A DNA stretch of 64,000 nucleotides. Origin: Candidatus Kapaibacterium sp. (lineage in GTDB: Bacteria; Bacteroidota; Ignavibacteria; Kapaibacteriales; UBA2268). The translations under genes were made by a program, and so were the position numbers. The notes beneath the pieces were generated by a model. The model did no database searches. It saw only the letters and a program-made list of their open reading frames with translations, and was not told the DNA's origin. Where the stretch lies: assembly GCA_963665665.1 (NCBI GenBank), contig OY762428.1:2208001-2272000 (forward strand), in the 5' to 3' direction. Each line of letters starts with the position of its first letter. Position 1 is the first letter of the stretch. This document shows positions 37,786-48,373 of this stretch, in pieces.

Positions 37786-39174
37786 ATGAAAATTATATCG
37801 ACTTTATTCTTTTTCTTACTTTATCTGACAACTGCTAATGCACAGAATGATTTACAATTCAAAAACCTGGTAACAGATATTGATACCCCTTGGGAAATCC
37901 TTTGGGGCCCTGATGATCATATCTGGATGACAGAGCGCTATGGCAGGATCAGCAGGATCAATCCTGAAAATGGCAACCTGATACCACTGCTGACAATTGA
38001 TGATGTATTTGAGGAAGGTGAAAGAGGCTTGCTGGGAATGGCATTGCATCCGGATTTCAGTTCCAACCCATTTGTATATGTTGTATATACATACAAAGGA
38101 GGCCCAACAGGAACCTTCGTAAAAATGGTTAGATATAAATACACAGGCGAAACCCTTATCGAACCGCTTATACTTATAGATGAAATTGAAGGCTTCTGGA
38201 ATCATGACGGTTCGCGCCTGCTGTTCGACGCGGACAACAAACTATACATGACAATGGGTGATGCCAACGTACATATAAATGACTCGCAGGACATTAACTT
38301 TCTACAGGGAAAAGTGCTAAGAATTAATCCCGACGGAACAATACCCGATGATAATCCTTTTCCGGACAGCCCTGTATGGTCCTGGGGCCACAGGAATCCG
38401 CAGGGGCTTGTATACGGTAACGGAATTTTATACAGTTCCGAGCATGGCCCTTCGGACAACGATGAAGTTAATATTATCCACAAAGGCAGAAATTACGGAT
38501 GGCCGAAAGTACGTGGCTATTGCGACAAACCTGAAGAAGAACAATTTTGCATAGATTCTAATGTGGTAGAACCGATTTTATCTCTTTATCCTACTTATAC
38601 ACTGGCTGTTTGTGGAATGGATTATTATAATCACGGCCTTATCCCTGAATGGAACAACTCTTTGCTGCTTACAACCCTGAAAGCTAAAACCCTTGTTTCA
38701 ATAAAACTCAGCGATAACGGTAATGAAGTTGTAAGCCATGAGCATCATTTCGTTAAGGAATTCGGACGTTTAAGAGATATTTGTATATCCCCTGATGGCA
38801 GGGTTTATATTGCAACAAGCAATAGAGACCAGACAAACTCCGGTCAGCAATTGGACGACAGGATCATAGAAATCAGCAAGTCGGTGGGTACAAGTGAAAG
38901 AATAAATGATAAAAACTGCTTCTCGGTAGAGCATATACCCGCTTCTGAAAGCCTGCAAATTCAGACTTGCAGTATTATTCAGGGCAAAGGCATATTGAAT
39001 GTATTTGATACAAGAGGCAGCCTGATCAGTTCAACGGACATTTCATTTGGCCAAAACAATAATTCCCGGATAATAAATTACAATCCAAAACCAGCAACCG
39101 GAGTATATATTGCAGAGTTGATAACCGATAAGGAAATCTACAGGAAATCATTTTTAATAATTAATTTTAACTAA
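37786..39174 (+). CDS. PQQ-dependent sugar dehydrogenase (GSDH) with T9SS C-terminal domain
   Basis: GLLGMALHPDF, HDGSRL, GKVLRINPDGTIPDDNP, GHRNPQG, NYGWP, GRLRD; C-terminal GVYI. Confidence 0.9.
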   Translation: MKIISTLFFFLLYLTTANAQNDLQFKNLVTDIDTPWEILWGPDDHIWMTERYGRISRINPENGNLIPLLTIDDVFEEGERGLLGMALHPDFSSNPFVYVVYTYKGGPTGTFVKMVRYKYTGETLIEPLILIDEIEGFWNHDGSRLLFDADNKLYMTMGDANVHINDSQDINFLQGKVLRINPDGTIPDDNPFPDSPVWSWGHRNPQGLVYGNGILYSSEHGPSDNDEVNIIHKGRNYGWPKVRGYCDKPEEEQFCIDSNVVEPILSLYPTYTLAVCGMDYYNHGLIPEWNNSLLLTTLKAKTLVSIKLSDNGNEVVSHEHHFVKEFGRLRDICISPDGRVYIATSNRDQTNSGQQLDDRIIEISKSVGTSERINDKNCFSVEHIPASESLQIQTCSIIQGKGILNVFDTRGSLISSTDISFGQNNNSRIINYNPKPATGVYIAELITDKEIYRKSFLIINFN

Positions 39175-39329
39175 AGTTACGTCTATTTTGATTAGAAAAA
39201 TACCAATTGAAATATCAATTTATAATACTTGATATTTTTCCTTTCTTACATATTTAATAATTTTTACTGCCGCATATTTTTTCGTATCTTTTGAATTATC
39301 ACTTTGATGTTGTTCATTTCGGAGAGAAT

Positions 39330-40301
39330 ATGTCGGAATTAAAATTCAAAAGGTTCAGAAGGCTAAGGCAGAACGAGACATTAAGAAGTATGGTCAGAGA
39401 AACTCATCTGAGAAAAGAAGACCTGATATACCCATTATTTGCCTGCCCGGGTGAAAATATTAAAAACCCCGTAAAATCAATGCCGGGGGTTTTTCAGCTT
39501 TCTATTGACAATATTGTTCGTGAATGCGAAGAAGCAGCAGGGCTTGGCGTTCCGGCCGTAATATTATTCGGAATTCCATCTCACAAAGACGAGGGTGGCT
39601 CGGAAGCATTCGATGAAAACGGAATTATACAGAAAACTATAAGGGCTATTAAAAAAGAAGTACCGGAAATACTGGTTATTGGTGATGTTTGCCTGTGTGA
39701 GTATACCTCTCACGGCCATTGCGGAATACTGCACGGTGAAGAAATACTAAATGACGAAACAATATATGTTCTTGCAAAAACGGCTCTTTCACAGGTTGAA
39801 GCCGGCGCTGATATAGTTGCTCCGTCAGATATGATGGACGGGCGTGTGGCTGCCATCCGCAAGGTGCTTGATAATCACAAATACCGGAATGTTCCTATAA
39901 TGAGTTATGCAGTGAAATATGCATCGTCATATTACGGCCCTTTCCGTGACGCAGCCGAAGGAGCTCCTAAATTCGGTGACAGGAAATCACACCAGATGGA
40001 CGTTGCCAACAGTAATGAAGCCCTTAGGGAAGCTGCTGCCGATATCGAAGAAGGTGCGGATATTATCATGGTTAAGCCTGCAGGACCGTATCAGGATATT
40101 ATAAGGCGTATAAAGGACGAATTGAATATACCCACGGCAGCATACCAGGTAAGCGGCGAATATTCAATAATAAAAGCCGGGGGACAGCTTGGCTGGATAG
40201 ATGAGGAAAGAATGATGCTTGAATCCCTTACAGGCATCAAAAGGGCCGGAGCTGATATGATACTTACTTATTTCGCCAAAGAAGCAGCTAAATTGTTGTA
40301 A
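39330..40301 (+). CDS. hemB: Porphobilinogen synthase (Zn-binding type)
   Basis: [52 protein letters not shown]. Confidence 0.98.
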   Translation: MSELKFKRFRRLRQNETLRSMVRETHLRKEDLIYPLFACPGENIKNPVKSMPGVFQLSIDNIVRECEEAAGLGVPAVILFGIPSHKDEGGSEAFDENGIIQKTIRAIKKEVPEILVIGDVCLCEYTSHGHCGILHGEEILNDETIYVLAKTALSQVEAGADIVAPSDMMDGRVAAIRKVLDNHKYRNVPIMSYAVKYASSYYGPFRDAAEGAPKFGDRKSHQMDVANSNEALREAAADIEEGADIIMVKPAGPYQDIIRRIKDELNIPTAAYQVSGEYSIIKAGGQLGWIDEERMMLESLTGIKRAGADMILTYFAKEAAKLL

Positions 40302-40322
40302 TTTCAAATTAATTGTTGCAAT

Positions 40323-40364
40323 AAGCCTCCCGAAGTTCAGCAGCCTTCGGGAGGTTTTCTTTTT
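40323..40364 (+). terminator. Intrinsic terminator / REP-like hairpin
   Basis: cctcccgaag...cttcgggagg followed by a T run. Confidence 0.7.
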
Positions 40365-40460
40365 GCAGTTGATATCAATACAAAAAGAAACAGGTTGAAG
40401 ATATTTGCCCGGAATAGTTCAGGTGATTTCTTTTATAAATTTTCGTTGATTTTGTTATGT

Positions 40461-41153
40461 TCAGCCTATTATTTCAGGATTGAATCTGTCCCGACACCAT
40501 TTTGCGGGATTGTTTAAGATATATTTCGATATGGCCTGGTATGATCTTTCATTTCGGATAATATGGTCGTAATAATTGGGTTGAAAAAAATGATTGTTTT
40601 TATTGTATTTCAGTACTTTCAAATTATTTTTATCAATATAATTATCAATTTCTGAATTGACCGCCGATTTGAAACCGCCAATAAATGTTGATATTGATTT
40701 TGGTTCCCGATAAAATGATGGATTTATAGATTTAGATTTTCCCATTGAATGTAGAGACGCACGGCCGTGCGTCTCTACATCAAATTGGCCGTGCGTCTCT
40801 ACATCAAATCGGCCGTGCGTCTCTACATCAAATTGGCCGTGCGTCTCTACGTGCGAATTATCCATTTTATCAATTTTTGTTGTATCAATTACAACGACGG
40901 CATGTAAATGATTTGGCATAATCACATATCTGTCCAAAAATAATTCATTCCGTATTTCAAATGATTTTAACCATTCGGTTCTGACAATTTGTCCAAATTC
41001 TGACAATAATATTTCACCGTCAAATATTTTCCCCAAATTACAATTCCGGTTTTGGGTAACCAATGTAATAAAATAAAAACCATTGCCAGAATAATCCCAA
41101 CCGAGCATTCTGTGTGATTTTACGCGATATTTATTTCTGTATCTGTGCGTCAT
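40461..41153 (-). CDS. REP-associated tyrosine transposase (RAYT, IS200/Y1-like HUH nuclease)
   Basis: WDYS..GFYFIT, VIMPNHLH (HUH), FQPNYYDHIIR, YILNNPAKW; internal REP-derived VETHG repeats. Confidence 0.9.
   Translation of the reverse strand: MTHRYRNKYRVKSHRMLGWDYSGNGFYFITLVTQNRNCNLGKIFDGEILLSEFGQIVRTEWLKSFEIRNELFLDRYVIMPNHLHAVVVIDTTKIDKMDNSHVETHGQFDVETHGRFDVETHGQFDVETHGRASLHSMGKSKSINPSFYREPKSISTFIGGFKSAVNSEIDNYIDKNNLKVLKYNKNNHFFQPNYYDHIIRNERSYQAISKYILNNPAKWCRDRFNPEIIG
40749..40850. repeat. GTAG-type REP palindrome plus 24-bp tandem half-sites inside the RAYT gene
   Basis: 32-bp perfect palindrome atgtagagacgcacggccgtgcgtctctacat (40749-40780), then three caaat(t/c)ggccgtgcgtctctac units. 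Confidence 0.9.
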
Positions 41154-41221
41154 GATCATTACGGTTTCAATAATGATGTATCTACCACACGAAGAATTAT
41201 AAGACACAAGGCCGTTTGCTT

Positions 41222-41680
41222 CTACTTTACCCGCGTCCAGACAGATGTTTTTCCGAATAGCGAGATTCCGACATATCCGCGAACTTCGAGTACTTTGCCG
41301 TCCTCGCTGAGTTCCATTTTGCAGGAATAGAGCTTTCCGTCGCGCGGATTATAAATTTCGCCATCTTCCCATACGTTGTCCTCATCATATTCAAAACCTT
41401 TAAGTATCTCCAACCCGAGCAGTTTCCTTTTCTTTAGTTTTTCATCAGGATTATTATCATCAAGTTTAGGTTTCCCATTCCTGTTCGGCTCTTTAAGCCA
41501 GATAATTTTTCCGTAATATTTACCATTTTTCTTGAATATCTCAATCTTTGAATCTTTTTTATCTGTTAGCCAGGTTCCCAAAACAGCATCAGGATTATCT
41601 GCCGCCAGTACTGACATAATCGGAATAAGCAGGGCGGCTATTAGTAATGTAAGGAGAGTATTTTTTCCTGTTTTCATCAT
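41222..41680 (-). CDS. DUF2147 domain exported protein
   Basis: LGTWLT, YGKIIWL, D.NNPD..L..R.LLG, GEIYNPRDGKLY, VRGYVGISLFGKTSVWTR. Confidence 0.9.
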   Translation of the reverse strand: MMKTGKNTLLTLLIAALLIPIMSVLAADNPDAVLGTWLTDKKDSKIEIFKKNGKYYGKIIWLKEPNRNGKPKLDDNNPDEKLKKRKLLGLEILKGFEYDEDNVWEDGEIYNPRDGKLYSCKMELSEDGKVLEVRGYVGISLFGKTSVWTRVK

Positions 41681-41777
41681 TTACCTCGTTGATAATGTTA
41701 AGTATGTTATATAAAATAAGAAAATTGAAGGAATAATACTATTTTTGTATGTAGTAAAAATAAACATTGTAAGTGAT

Positions 41778-42602
41778 ATGAATAAAAACAGCGCAATTGG
41801 AGTTTTTGATTCGGGTATTGGCGGGCTTACGGTTCTCAGCCAGCTTGCACGTTTCATGCCTTATGAAAAATATATTTACCTCGGCGATACAGCCAGGGTG
41901 CCGTATGGAAACAAATCTCCGGAAACTATAAAGAGATATTCCGCCGACTGTACTGAATTTCTGCTCGAAAAAGATGTTAAAATGGTTGTAGCAGCATGCA
42001 ATACAGCCTCATCAATAGCATTGGATACCGTTATAAATACTGCCGGCGATATTCCGGTAATCGGTATGATCAATCCTGCTGCCGGAGCAGCGCTAAGGGC
42101 TACCGTGAACAGAAATATCGGCGTTATTGGCACCAGGGCTACCATTGGCAGCGGTTCTTATTCAAATTCAATCACTTCGCTTTCCGATAAAAAAGTTAAT
42201 GTTTACACCAAAGAATGTCCTATGTTCGTCCATCTTGTAGAAGAGGGGCTGACAAATCACCCTGCTGCCAGGTTATTGGCTCAGGATTATCTGTCGCCAC
42301 TAATAAAAGAGAACATTGACACTTTAGTACTGGGCTGCACGCATTACCCGGTTATGGCCAGGCTGCTTGGCGAGCTTTTGCCGGGAGTTTCCCTGATTGA
42401 TTCCGGTGAACATGCTGCTGTAACGGCTCTACGTGCCCTTGCAGACAGAGGATTGCTTCAGGATGAGAAAAAGGAATACGTAACAAAACCTGATATGGAG
42501 TTTTATGTTACTGATCTTCCGAAGCAGTTTTTCAGGCTTGCAAAAGATTTTCTTGGTTATCCGGTAGAAAGCCCCGTGAAAGTAGATTTAGGTTCCTGTT
42601 AA
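41778..42602 (+). CDS. murI: Glutamate racemase
   Basis: FDSGIGGLTV, DTARVPYG, ACNTAS, LGCTHYP. Confidence 0.97.
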   Translation: MNKNSAIGVFDSGIGGLTVLSQLARFMPYEKYIYLGDTARVPYGNKSPETIKRYSADCTEFLLEKDVKMVVAACNTASSIALDTVINTAGDIPVIGMINPAAGAALRATVNRNIGVIGTRATIGSGSYSNSITSLSDKKVNVYTKECPMFVHLVEEGLTNHPAARLLAQDYLSPLIKENIDTLVLGCTHYPVMARLLGELLPGVSLIDSGEHAAVTALRALADRGLLQDEKKEYVTKPDMEFYVTDLPKQFFRLAKDFLGYPVESPVKVDLGSC

Positions 42603-42629
42603 AAACATGAAATAAATCCCGGAGGCAAT

Positions 42630-43055
42630 ATGAAAAAATTGGCCGTCATTCTAATAATTTTTACAGCTTTTTATTCATGTAAAAATGAAGAAAACAAGCT
42701 TCGTTTTGTGGATGCAGTAATTAAATCTCCTGATAAATTCGAAAGAATTCTGGCAAAGGATTCCTCCTTCAAGGAAGATATTTTCGTAAAAAAGTATTTC
42801 TCGGATGACTCTACAAAAAAAGCATTTATAAAAAAATTCAAGTATGAACTTGATAAATATATCCTGCCGAAATATGAATTACTTTGCAGCCGTGAAGTTG
42901 ATAAATATATTGAGCAGTCAGGAGACCGGGAATATGCTCATGAACTTGTAATTAAGGGCAAATCAGAAATAATGCTGAGATTTATCTGGGTTCTTCGTTA
43001 TGGAAAATGGCAATTTCTTGATATTGAATTTACAAGTTCGGTTAATTGTAATTAG
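42630..43055 (+). CDS. Hypothetical lipoprotein
   Basis: GGAGG RBS; lipobox-like FYSC after a hydrophobic stretch. Confidence 0.7.
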   Translation: MKKLAVILIIFTAFYSCKNEENKLRFVDAVIKSPDKFERILAKDSSFKEDIFVKKYFSDDSTKKAFIKKFKYELDKYILPKYELLCSREVDKYIEQSGDREYAHELVIKGKSEIMLRFIWVLRYGKWQFLDIEFTSSVNCN

Positions 43056-43117
43056 CTGAAAACCACTTATTTTTGCTTTCAATAAGGATGTCTCGTTAAT
43101 TAAAATATTTACGATTT

Positions 43118-43254
43118 GCTATTCCCCTGCAAGGCCACTTTCGGTAAGACGGCTGTATTTCCGAGTCTCGACTCCTTAGAAGGCTTCAATCTGCGTGTGG
43201 TAGGATGGAGACGGAAACACTGAATTAGAATAATCAAAAAACTTAATGGGAAGC
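43118..43254 (-). ncRNA. Putative structured RNA (6S-like long hairpin with central bubble)
   Basis: GC-richer island in an AT-rich intergenic gap; closing stem gcttccc/gggaa(t)agc; inner stem gtgtttcc+gtctc / gagac+ggaaatac; G-U wobble favours the minus strand. Confidence 0.4.
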
Positions 43255-43433
43255 TATACTTATATACGGATATCTCAAACTTTATATCTTCAGAAAACTT
43301 TTACGAAACAGTACATTGCCTTGCCGCCAAAGCTGAATAAGAAACTCATCAAATGGAAATGAGCCCGATATTTATTAAATTGCAATAAGGGATATTCCCT
43401 TATAATGAAAATGATTATTAAACCGGAAAATTA

Positions 43434-44210
43434 TTGAATATTATTGCATTCATTGGCCGAAAAGTATTGAATTTCCTTGCAGAGCTGGGACAGATAGCCT
43501 CGCTTGCCACGGGAGTGGCATTATATTTCCCACGTGCCTTCAAGGACAGGAAACTTGTATTGGAGCAAATGGCGGTTATCGGCGCTGACTCGCTGCCGCT
43601 GGTAATACTTATCGGTTCGTTTACCGGGGCGATTGCCGCATTGCAGGCAACCCTGCTCTTTTCAAAATTCAACATGATTGGAATTGCCATGCCATTCATG
43701 GGCGCTTCGATAGCAACTGCCGTGTTTACAGAATTAACGCCGGTACTAACGGCCCTGGTTATTGCCGGGAGGGTAGGTGCTTCCATGGCGGCGCAGCTTG
43801 GAACGATGAAAGTAACCGAGCAGATAGATGCCCTTGAAATGATGGCCATAGATAAAAACCGCTATCTTGCTATGCCGCGTGCCCTGGCAGCACTTCTGAT
43901 GATGCCGGTACTCGCAGTGTTCTCGAATGTTGTGGCAATGGCCGGAGCGTATATACTTACTGCCTTCAAGTATGAATTCACCCTGGCGCAGTTCTTTGGT
44001 TCGGTACAACGTTTCTTCAGCATGCAGGAAATTATTATCAGCCTGAGTAAATCTATGCTGTTCGGAGGTGTAACCGCCCTGATCGGAGTCCACGTCGGTT
44101 TCAGGACCAGCGGAGGGGCCGAAGGTGTGGGGCATTCCACAGTCCGGGCCTTTACAATTGCTGCTGCCCTTATTCTGGTTCTTGATGCCTTGTTTGGTTA
44201 TCTGGTATAA
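43434..44210 (+). CDS. mlaE: MlaE family lipid ABC transporter permease
   Basis: ELTPVLTALVIAGRVGASMAAQLGTMKVTEQIDALE; GGAEGVG. Confidence 0.93.
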   Translation: MNIIAFIGRKVLNFLAELGQIASLATGVALYFPRAFKDRKLVLEQMAVIGADSLPLVILIGSFTGAIAALQATLLFSKFNMIGIAMPFMGASIATAVFTELTPVLTALVIAGRVGASMAAQLGTMKVTEQIDALEMMAIDKNRYLAMPRALAALLMMPVLAVFSNVVAMAGAYILTAFKYEFTLAQFFGSVQRFFSMQEIIISLSKSMLFGGVTALIGVHVGFRTSGGAEGVGHSTVRAFTIAAALILVLDALFGYLV

Positions 44211-44245
44211 TTAATTAGTTTGGAAAAAATGAAGGGCAACAAATA

Positions 44246-44449
44246 ATGACTAAAGAAAAAAGGAAAAACCTGATATGGGGAATAGTGGGAATTGTTGCGG
44301 GAGCATTCTGGTATAACATCCTTTCCAAGGCAATGAACTGGAACAGCCCGGCAGTAGATTCTCTTCTGCTGTTGTTTTTGGTGATAATTCCCCTTGCCGG
44401 AGGGCTTATGAACATGTTTAAATTCTTTGAAAAAGACAAAAAGCAATAG
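44246..44449 (+). CDS. Small two-TM membrane protein
   Basis: 67-aa ORF packed between mlaE and trmB, with two hydrophobic segments. Confidence 0.6.
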   Translation: MTKEKRKNLIWGIVGIVAGAFWYNILSKAMNWNSPAVDSLLLLFLVIIPLAGGLMNMFKFFEKDKKQ

Positions 44450-44458
44450 GAAAAGGAA

Positions 44459-45130
44459 ATGAAAATAGATTCAAAAAAATACCCGCTCCCCAGAAGGCTA
44501 AGGCATCACACGGCGCCAAATCTTTATCTTCCTTTCGAGGAAATTAAAGATAACGAATATTACCCGCCCCTGATAGAGAATATTGACTGGCCGGCTCATT
44601 TCAGCAATGCAAAAGGGCCGGATGTTTTGGATGTAGGTTGCGGCAAAGGAGCCTTCCTGCTGGATTACTCAGAACAAAATCCGGAATGGAATTACCTCGG
44701 TATCGAAGTTCGTGAATCTGTTGTTGAATGGCTGAGCGGAGTAATAAAAGGAGAACAGCTTGCCAATGTTGACGTTATTTGGTACAGTGTGGTAAATAGT
44801 TTAAAATTCATTAACAGTCAGTCTGTTTCAGAGATATTTTACCTTTTTCCCGACCCCTGGTCAAAGAGAAAGCACTTGAAACGCCGGGCCTTCATTCAGC
44901 CTGTGCTTGAGGAATACCACAGGGTTCTGAAAGATAGCGGCCGCCTGCACCTTGCTACCGATGTTCCCGAGGTCCATGATTATCATAAGAAAACTCTTGA
45001 AAAATCCGGGCTGTTTGATTATACAATAATCAATTCCGATGCCGAGTGGAACAAACCGATAACCAATAAAGAAAAATTCTGCCGCAAAAATGATATTCCT
45101 ATCTACAGGATAATAGCCGGGAAGAAGTAA
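44459..45130 (+). CDS. trmB: tRNA (guanine-N7)-methyltransferase
   Basis: DVGCGKG, GIEVR, FPDPWSKRKHLKRR, ATD. Confidence 0.93.
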   Translation: MKIDSKKYPLPRRLRHHTAPNLYLPFEEIKDNEYYPPLIENIDWPAHFSNAKGPDVLDVGCGKGAFLLDYSEQNPEWNYLGIEVRESVVEWLSGVIKGEQLANVDVIWYSVVNSLKFINSQSVSEIFYLFPDPWSKRKHLKRRAFIQPVLEEYHRVLKDSGRLHLATDVPEVHDYHKKTLEKSGLFDYTIINSDAEWNKPITNKEKFCRKNDIPIYRIIAGKK

Positions 45131-45198
45131 GATAAAGATAGCTTTAATGATCTAATATATCATGTATAAGCAATATCATTAATTGAAAAAAATTCGAA

Positions 45199-46704
45199 TT
45201 ATTTCATATAATTTGTTATTGATTCTTTATCACCGAGTAATATTTTATTAGAATCATCATATTTTAATCCGTCATTAACGATTTTCATTGCTTCTTTAAA
45301 CTTTGAATCTCTGATTTTTTCCATAGCGTACTCGTGATAAATTCTGCAAATTAGCTTGATAACAAGTTTATGATTCGGTAGTATTTCAAGTTGTTTGCTC
45401 AAAAATTCGATACCTTCGATGTGCTTTTCAGTATAATGTTCATAATAACGATCAATTTGAACAGCTACATAGAGATCCGGCATATTTAACTTATCAAATC
45501 CATATTTATTGATAATTTCATTCATTTCATTATATGCTGTATCAAATTCCTGATTCAATCGCAAGGATACAATATATTCATGAAAAATACTTAAAAAATG
45601 CTCCCAGATCAGGTTGCTATTTATATGTGGCCCGATTCTTTCTTTTAGAAATATATAGCTGTCTTTTTTACTTTCATTGAAATATAGTGATCTCGACTTC
45701 TTTATAATATAGAATTCCTCAAATTTCAAATAATATTCCTTATCAACCGGAAGAAAAATATCCTCTTTCAGAAAATCTAAAATTAATTCTGCCTCGTAAT
45801 AATTGAGTTGATCAGTCAGATTATCTAATTCCTTAGAAAACACAATGTATAAAAAATGTGCATTAGCAGAATCCAGCTTCTCAATCTTCAAATATTCTGG
45901 TAAAATATTTGCCAAAGAATCAGTTGTAAATTCATGATTGTTACAGATATAATCTGTAATATTTAAAAGATTAATACCGATTATCCTGTTCCCGGGCAAT
46001 CGGTTGTATGCTTCAATTACCTTATTAACAGCATTTTGTAAATTCCCATTAATCAAATCACTGGCTGCTAAATTCGAGTAGCCGATAGCAGGAATATCTT
46101 CGTAGGCAATTTCATCTGTGTAAACATAAAATTCCTTGTAAATGGAATCCTTTCCCTTATTACTTATCTCTTCTCTTGTAATTAATTTATACTCTAATAG
46201 ATTTTCAATTATTTCGTCCAGGTCGTCTTCATCATGGTTCAAATAAACGCCGAGAGCAGGTTCGGTCATATCAATAATATATTCTTCATTATCTTTATTG
46301 AAACTTAGAAATATATGATTAGGCATAATTCTGATTTTATAGTTCAGGAACAGATCTTTCGCCAGCGCTGTATAAAGCACAGTGCCGCTGAAACAGTCAA
46401 AAATACCTTCATCCAAAAGCAGGAAAAGCCTGGAATTCATCTTGTATTTTCGAATATAATTTTCCTGTAGCAACTCAAAAAGGTCTTCATGACGTTCTAA
46501 CTGCTCGTCGTCAGGATCAATTTCCTCACGGCACAGTTCAAGTATCTCATTATATTTGTCTTCATAATCAGCTATTGACTGATCGTCGTTGATACCTTCT
46601 GCTTTCAACAATGTTTTAATCATATCAAACCCTCCGGCTTCGTTTTGAGCTGACAGGCAGGGCATACTGAACAGAAAAAATAATATTATCGGGACTTTCT
46701 TCAT
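45199..46704 (-). CDS. Exported protein with transglutaminase-like (SirB1-type) N-domain and TPR-like C-terminus
   Basis: Signal peptide; FDCFSGT / PNHIF / IDMT putative Cys-His-Asp triad; helical repeats. Confidence 0.7.
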   Translation of the reverse strand: MKKVPIILFFLFSMPCLSAQNEAGGFDMIKTLLKAEGINDDQSIADYEDKYNEILELCREEIDPDDEQLERHEDLFELLQENYIRKYKMNSRLFLLLDEGIFDCFSGTVLYTALAKDLFLNYKIRIMPNHIFLSFNKDNEEYIIDMTEPALGVYLNHDEDDLDEIIENLLEYKLITREEISNKGKDSIYKEFYVYTDEIAYEDIPAIGYSNLAASDLINGNLQNAVNKVIEAYNRLPGNRIIGINLLNITDYICNNHEFTTDSLANILPEYLKIEKLDSANAHFLYIVFSKELDNLTDQLNYYEAELILDFLKEDIFLPVDKEYYLKFEEFYIIKKSRSLYFNESKKDSYIFLKERIGPHINSNLIWEHFLSIFHEYIVSLRLNQEFDTAYNEMNEIINKYGFDKLNMPDLYVAVQIDRYYEHYTEKHIEGIEFLSKQLEILPNHKLVIKLICRIYHEYAMEKIRDSKFKEAMKIVNDGLKYDDSNKILLGDKESITNYMK

Positions 46705-46912
46705 CTCAGTCTTTTTCAAATTTGTTTCAAATAGATATTATAAATTTAACATATTTTAAAAAAGAAACCATAATTAATTCGGACAGAATTCAATTTCATT
46801 TTAATTTATTTTAATGCCATAGATAGAAATCAAATAAAATTTTATGCTACAATCTGACAATTTACTTATTTTGTACAAATAATTTTTACTTGGCAAAAAG
46901 AGCAGTTAAAAT

Positions 46913-47368
46913 ATGGAAGTTAATGAATCAATTATAAGTAGCTATTCAAGGAGAAGCTCCGAATGGATAACAACATTTTTTATCGGGCTGTTCCTTGCTT
47001 TTATCGGGTATATCAGCGAAGAAAATTCAATGATCCCGCCAATTGTACTTTATATTTCTGTCCTGATAGCTTTGATTCACGGAGTTTGGCAACTAACAAC
47101 AGCTTACATTATTATTAGTAATAATAAAATCTTTGTTAAACGCACTTTGTTTAAAATTCACAGAATAGATATAGAAAATATCAATAGCATCAAATTTTCA
47201 GGTACAAATATTATGATAGATTATACAGCCGGATATGCCATTATCAGCCTGAAAGCAGTACGTCCTGATAAAAGTAACATTCTAAAAGAAGATTTAGAAA
47301 AGCTCCTTTTAAGAAAAGAAAACGATAAGGAAGAGTATCCGACTGATACTGATAATGTTCCCAAATAA
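46913..47368 (+). CDS. Hypothetical membrane protein (two TM + bPH-like domain)
   Basis: Two hydrophobic helices followed by a short beta-rich domain. Confidence 0.65.
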   Translation: MEVNESIISSYSRRSSEWITTFFIGLFLAFIGYISEENSMIPPIVLYISVLIALIHGVWQLTTAYIIISNNKIFVKRTLFKIHRIDIENINSIKFSGTNIMIDYTAGYAIISLKAVRPDKSNILKEDLEKLLLRKENDKEEYPTDTDNVPK

Positions 47369-47420
47369 ATACTCCGAATAAATACTTATATTTGTAAATT
47401 GTTGAATTCGGGTAGTTGAT

Positions 47421-48368
47421 ATGAAGATTAGCGGCTTTTCATTTGTAAGGAACGGAAGTAAACTATATTATCCGGTGAAGGAATCCATTCAGTCCATTCT
47501 GCCGGTTTGCGATGAATTTGTTGTTGCCGTGGGAAAAGGTGACGAAGATGACAATACACGCGAAATGATTGAATCCATAAACGACCCCAAAGTAAAGATT
47601 ATCGACACCGTCTGGGAAGATAAGTACTGCATGAGAGGAGCTATTAACGCGGTACAAACCGATATTGCAAAATCACATTGCAGCGGAGACTGGCTGTTCT
47701 ACGTCCAGGCCGACGAAGTTGTTCATGAAAAATACCACGAAGGTATTAAAAAACGCTGTATGGAACTGTTTGATAATAAAGATGTTGAAGGGCTGCTTTT
47801 CGGCTACAAACATTTTTGGGGCGATTATAATCACTACCACCAGAGCCATGGCTGGTATCCATACGAGATACGGATTGTAAGAAATCACCCGAATATTCAC
47901 TCATGGCAAAGCGCTCAATCCTTCCGCTGGTATGATAATTATGAGTCCACCCACCAGGAAGCAGGAACAAGGAAACTAAAAGTAGCCATTGCCAACGCTG
48001 AAATATACCATTACGGGTGGGTCAGGCCGCCGCACTATATGCAAAGCAAGAGCAAGGCCCTGGATTCGGTGCATAAAGGCAAAGAAGCTATGGACAAGGC
48101 CTATAAAGAAAAACCACGGGAATTCGACTACGGCCCGCTGGACAGGCTGCGTGTTTTCAAAGACAGCCACCCGGCAGTAATGCAGGAAATGATTAGCAGG
48201 ATGAACTGGAAAGACAAACTTCAGTATAGCGGCCAACCCGATCCTGCAAGAAAACTTCATAAACACGAAAGAATGAAATACAGGATCATAAGCAGCCTGG
48301 AACGCACACTTTTCGGCGGCAAACAAATGGGCGGTTTCCAAAATTATGAACTCCTTAAGAATATTTGA
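47421..48368 (+). CDS. GT2 family glycosyltransferase (LPS-related)
   Basis: ISGFSFVRN, YPVKESI, DEFVVAVG, QADEV, YHYGWVR. Confidence 0.9.
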   Translation: MKISGFSFVRNGSKLYYPVKESIQSILPVCDEFVVAVGKGDEDDNTREMIESINDPKVKIIDTVWEDKYCMRGAINAVQTDIAKSHCSGDWLFYVQADEVVHEKYHEGIKKRCMELFDNKDVEGLLFGYKHFWGDYNHYHQSHGWYPYEIRIVRNHPNIHSWQSAQSFRWYDNYESTHQEAGTRKLKVAIANAEIYHYGWVRPPHYMQSKSKALDSVHKGKEAMDKAYKEKPREFDYGPLDRLRVFKDSHPAVMQEMISRMNWKDKLQYSGQPDPARKLHKHERMKYRIISSLERTLFGGKQMGGFQNYELLKNI

Positions 48369-48373
48369 ATTTA

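Noticed and set aside
43118-43254. tRNA-Sec, SRP RNA or cobalamin riboswitch
   Set aside because: No cloverleaf or T-loop, no SRP domain IV motif, and the B12-box elements are not in the expected arrangement.
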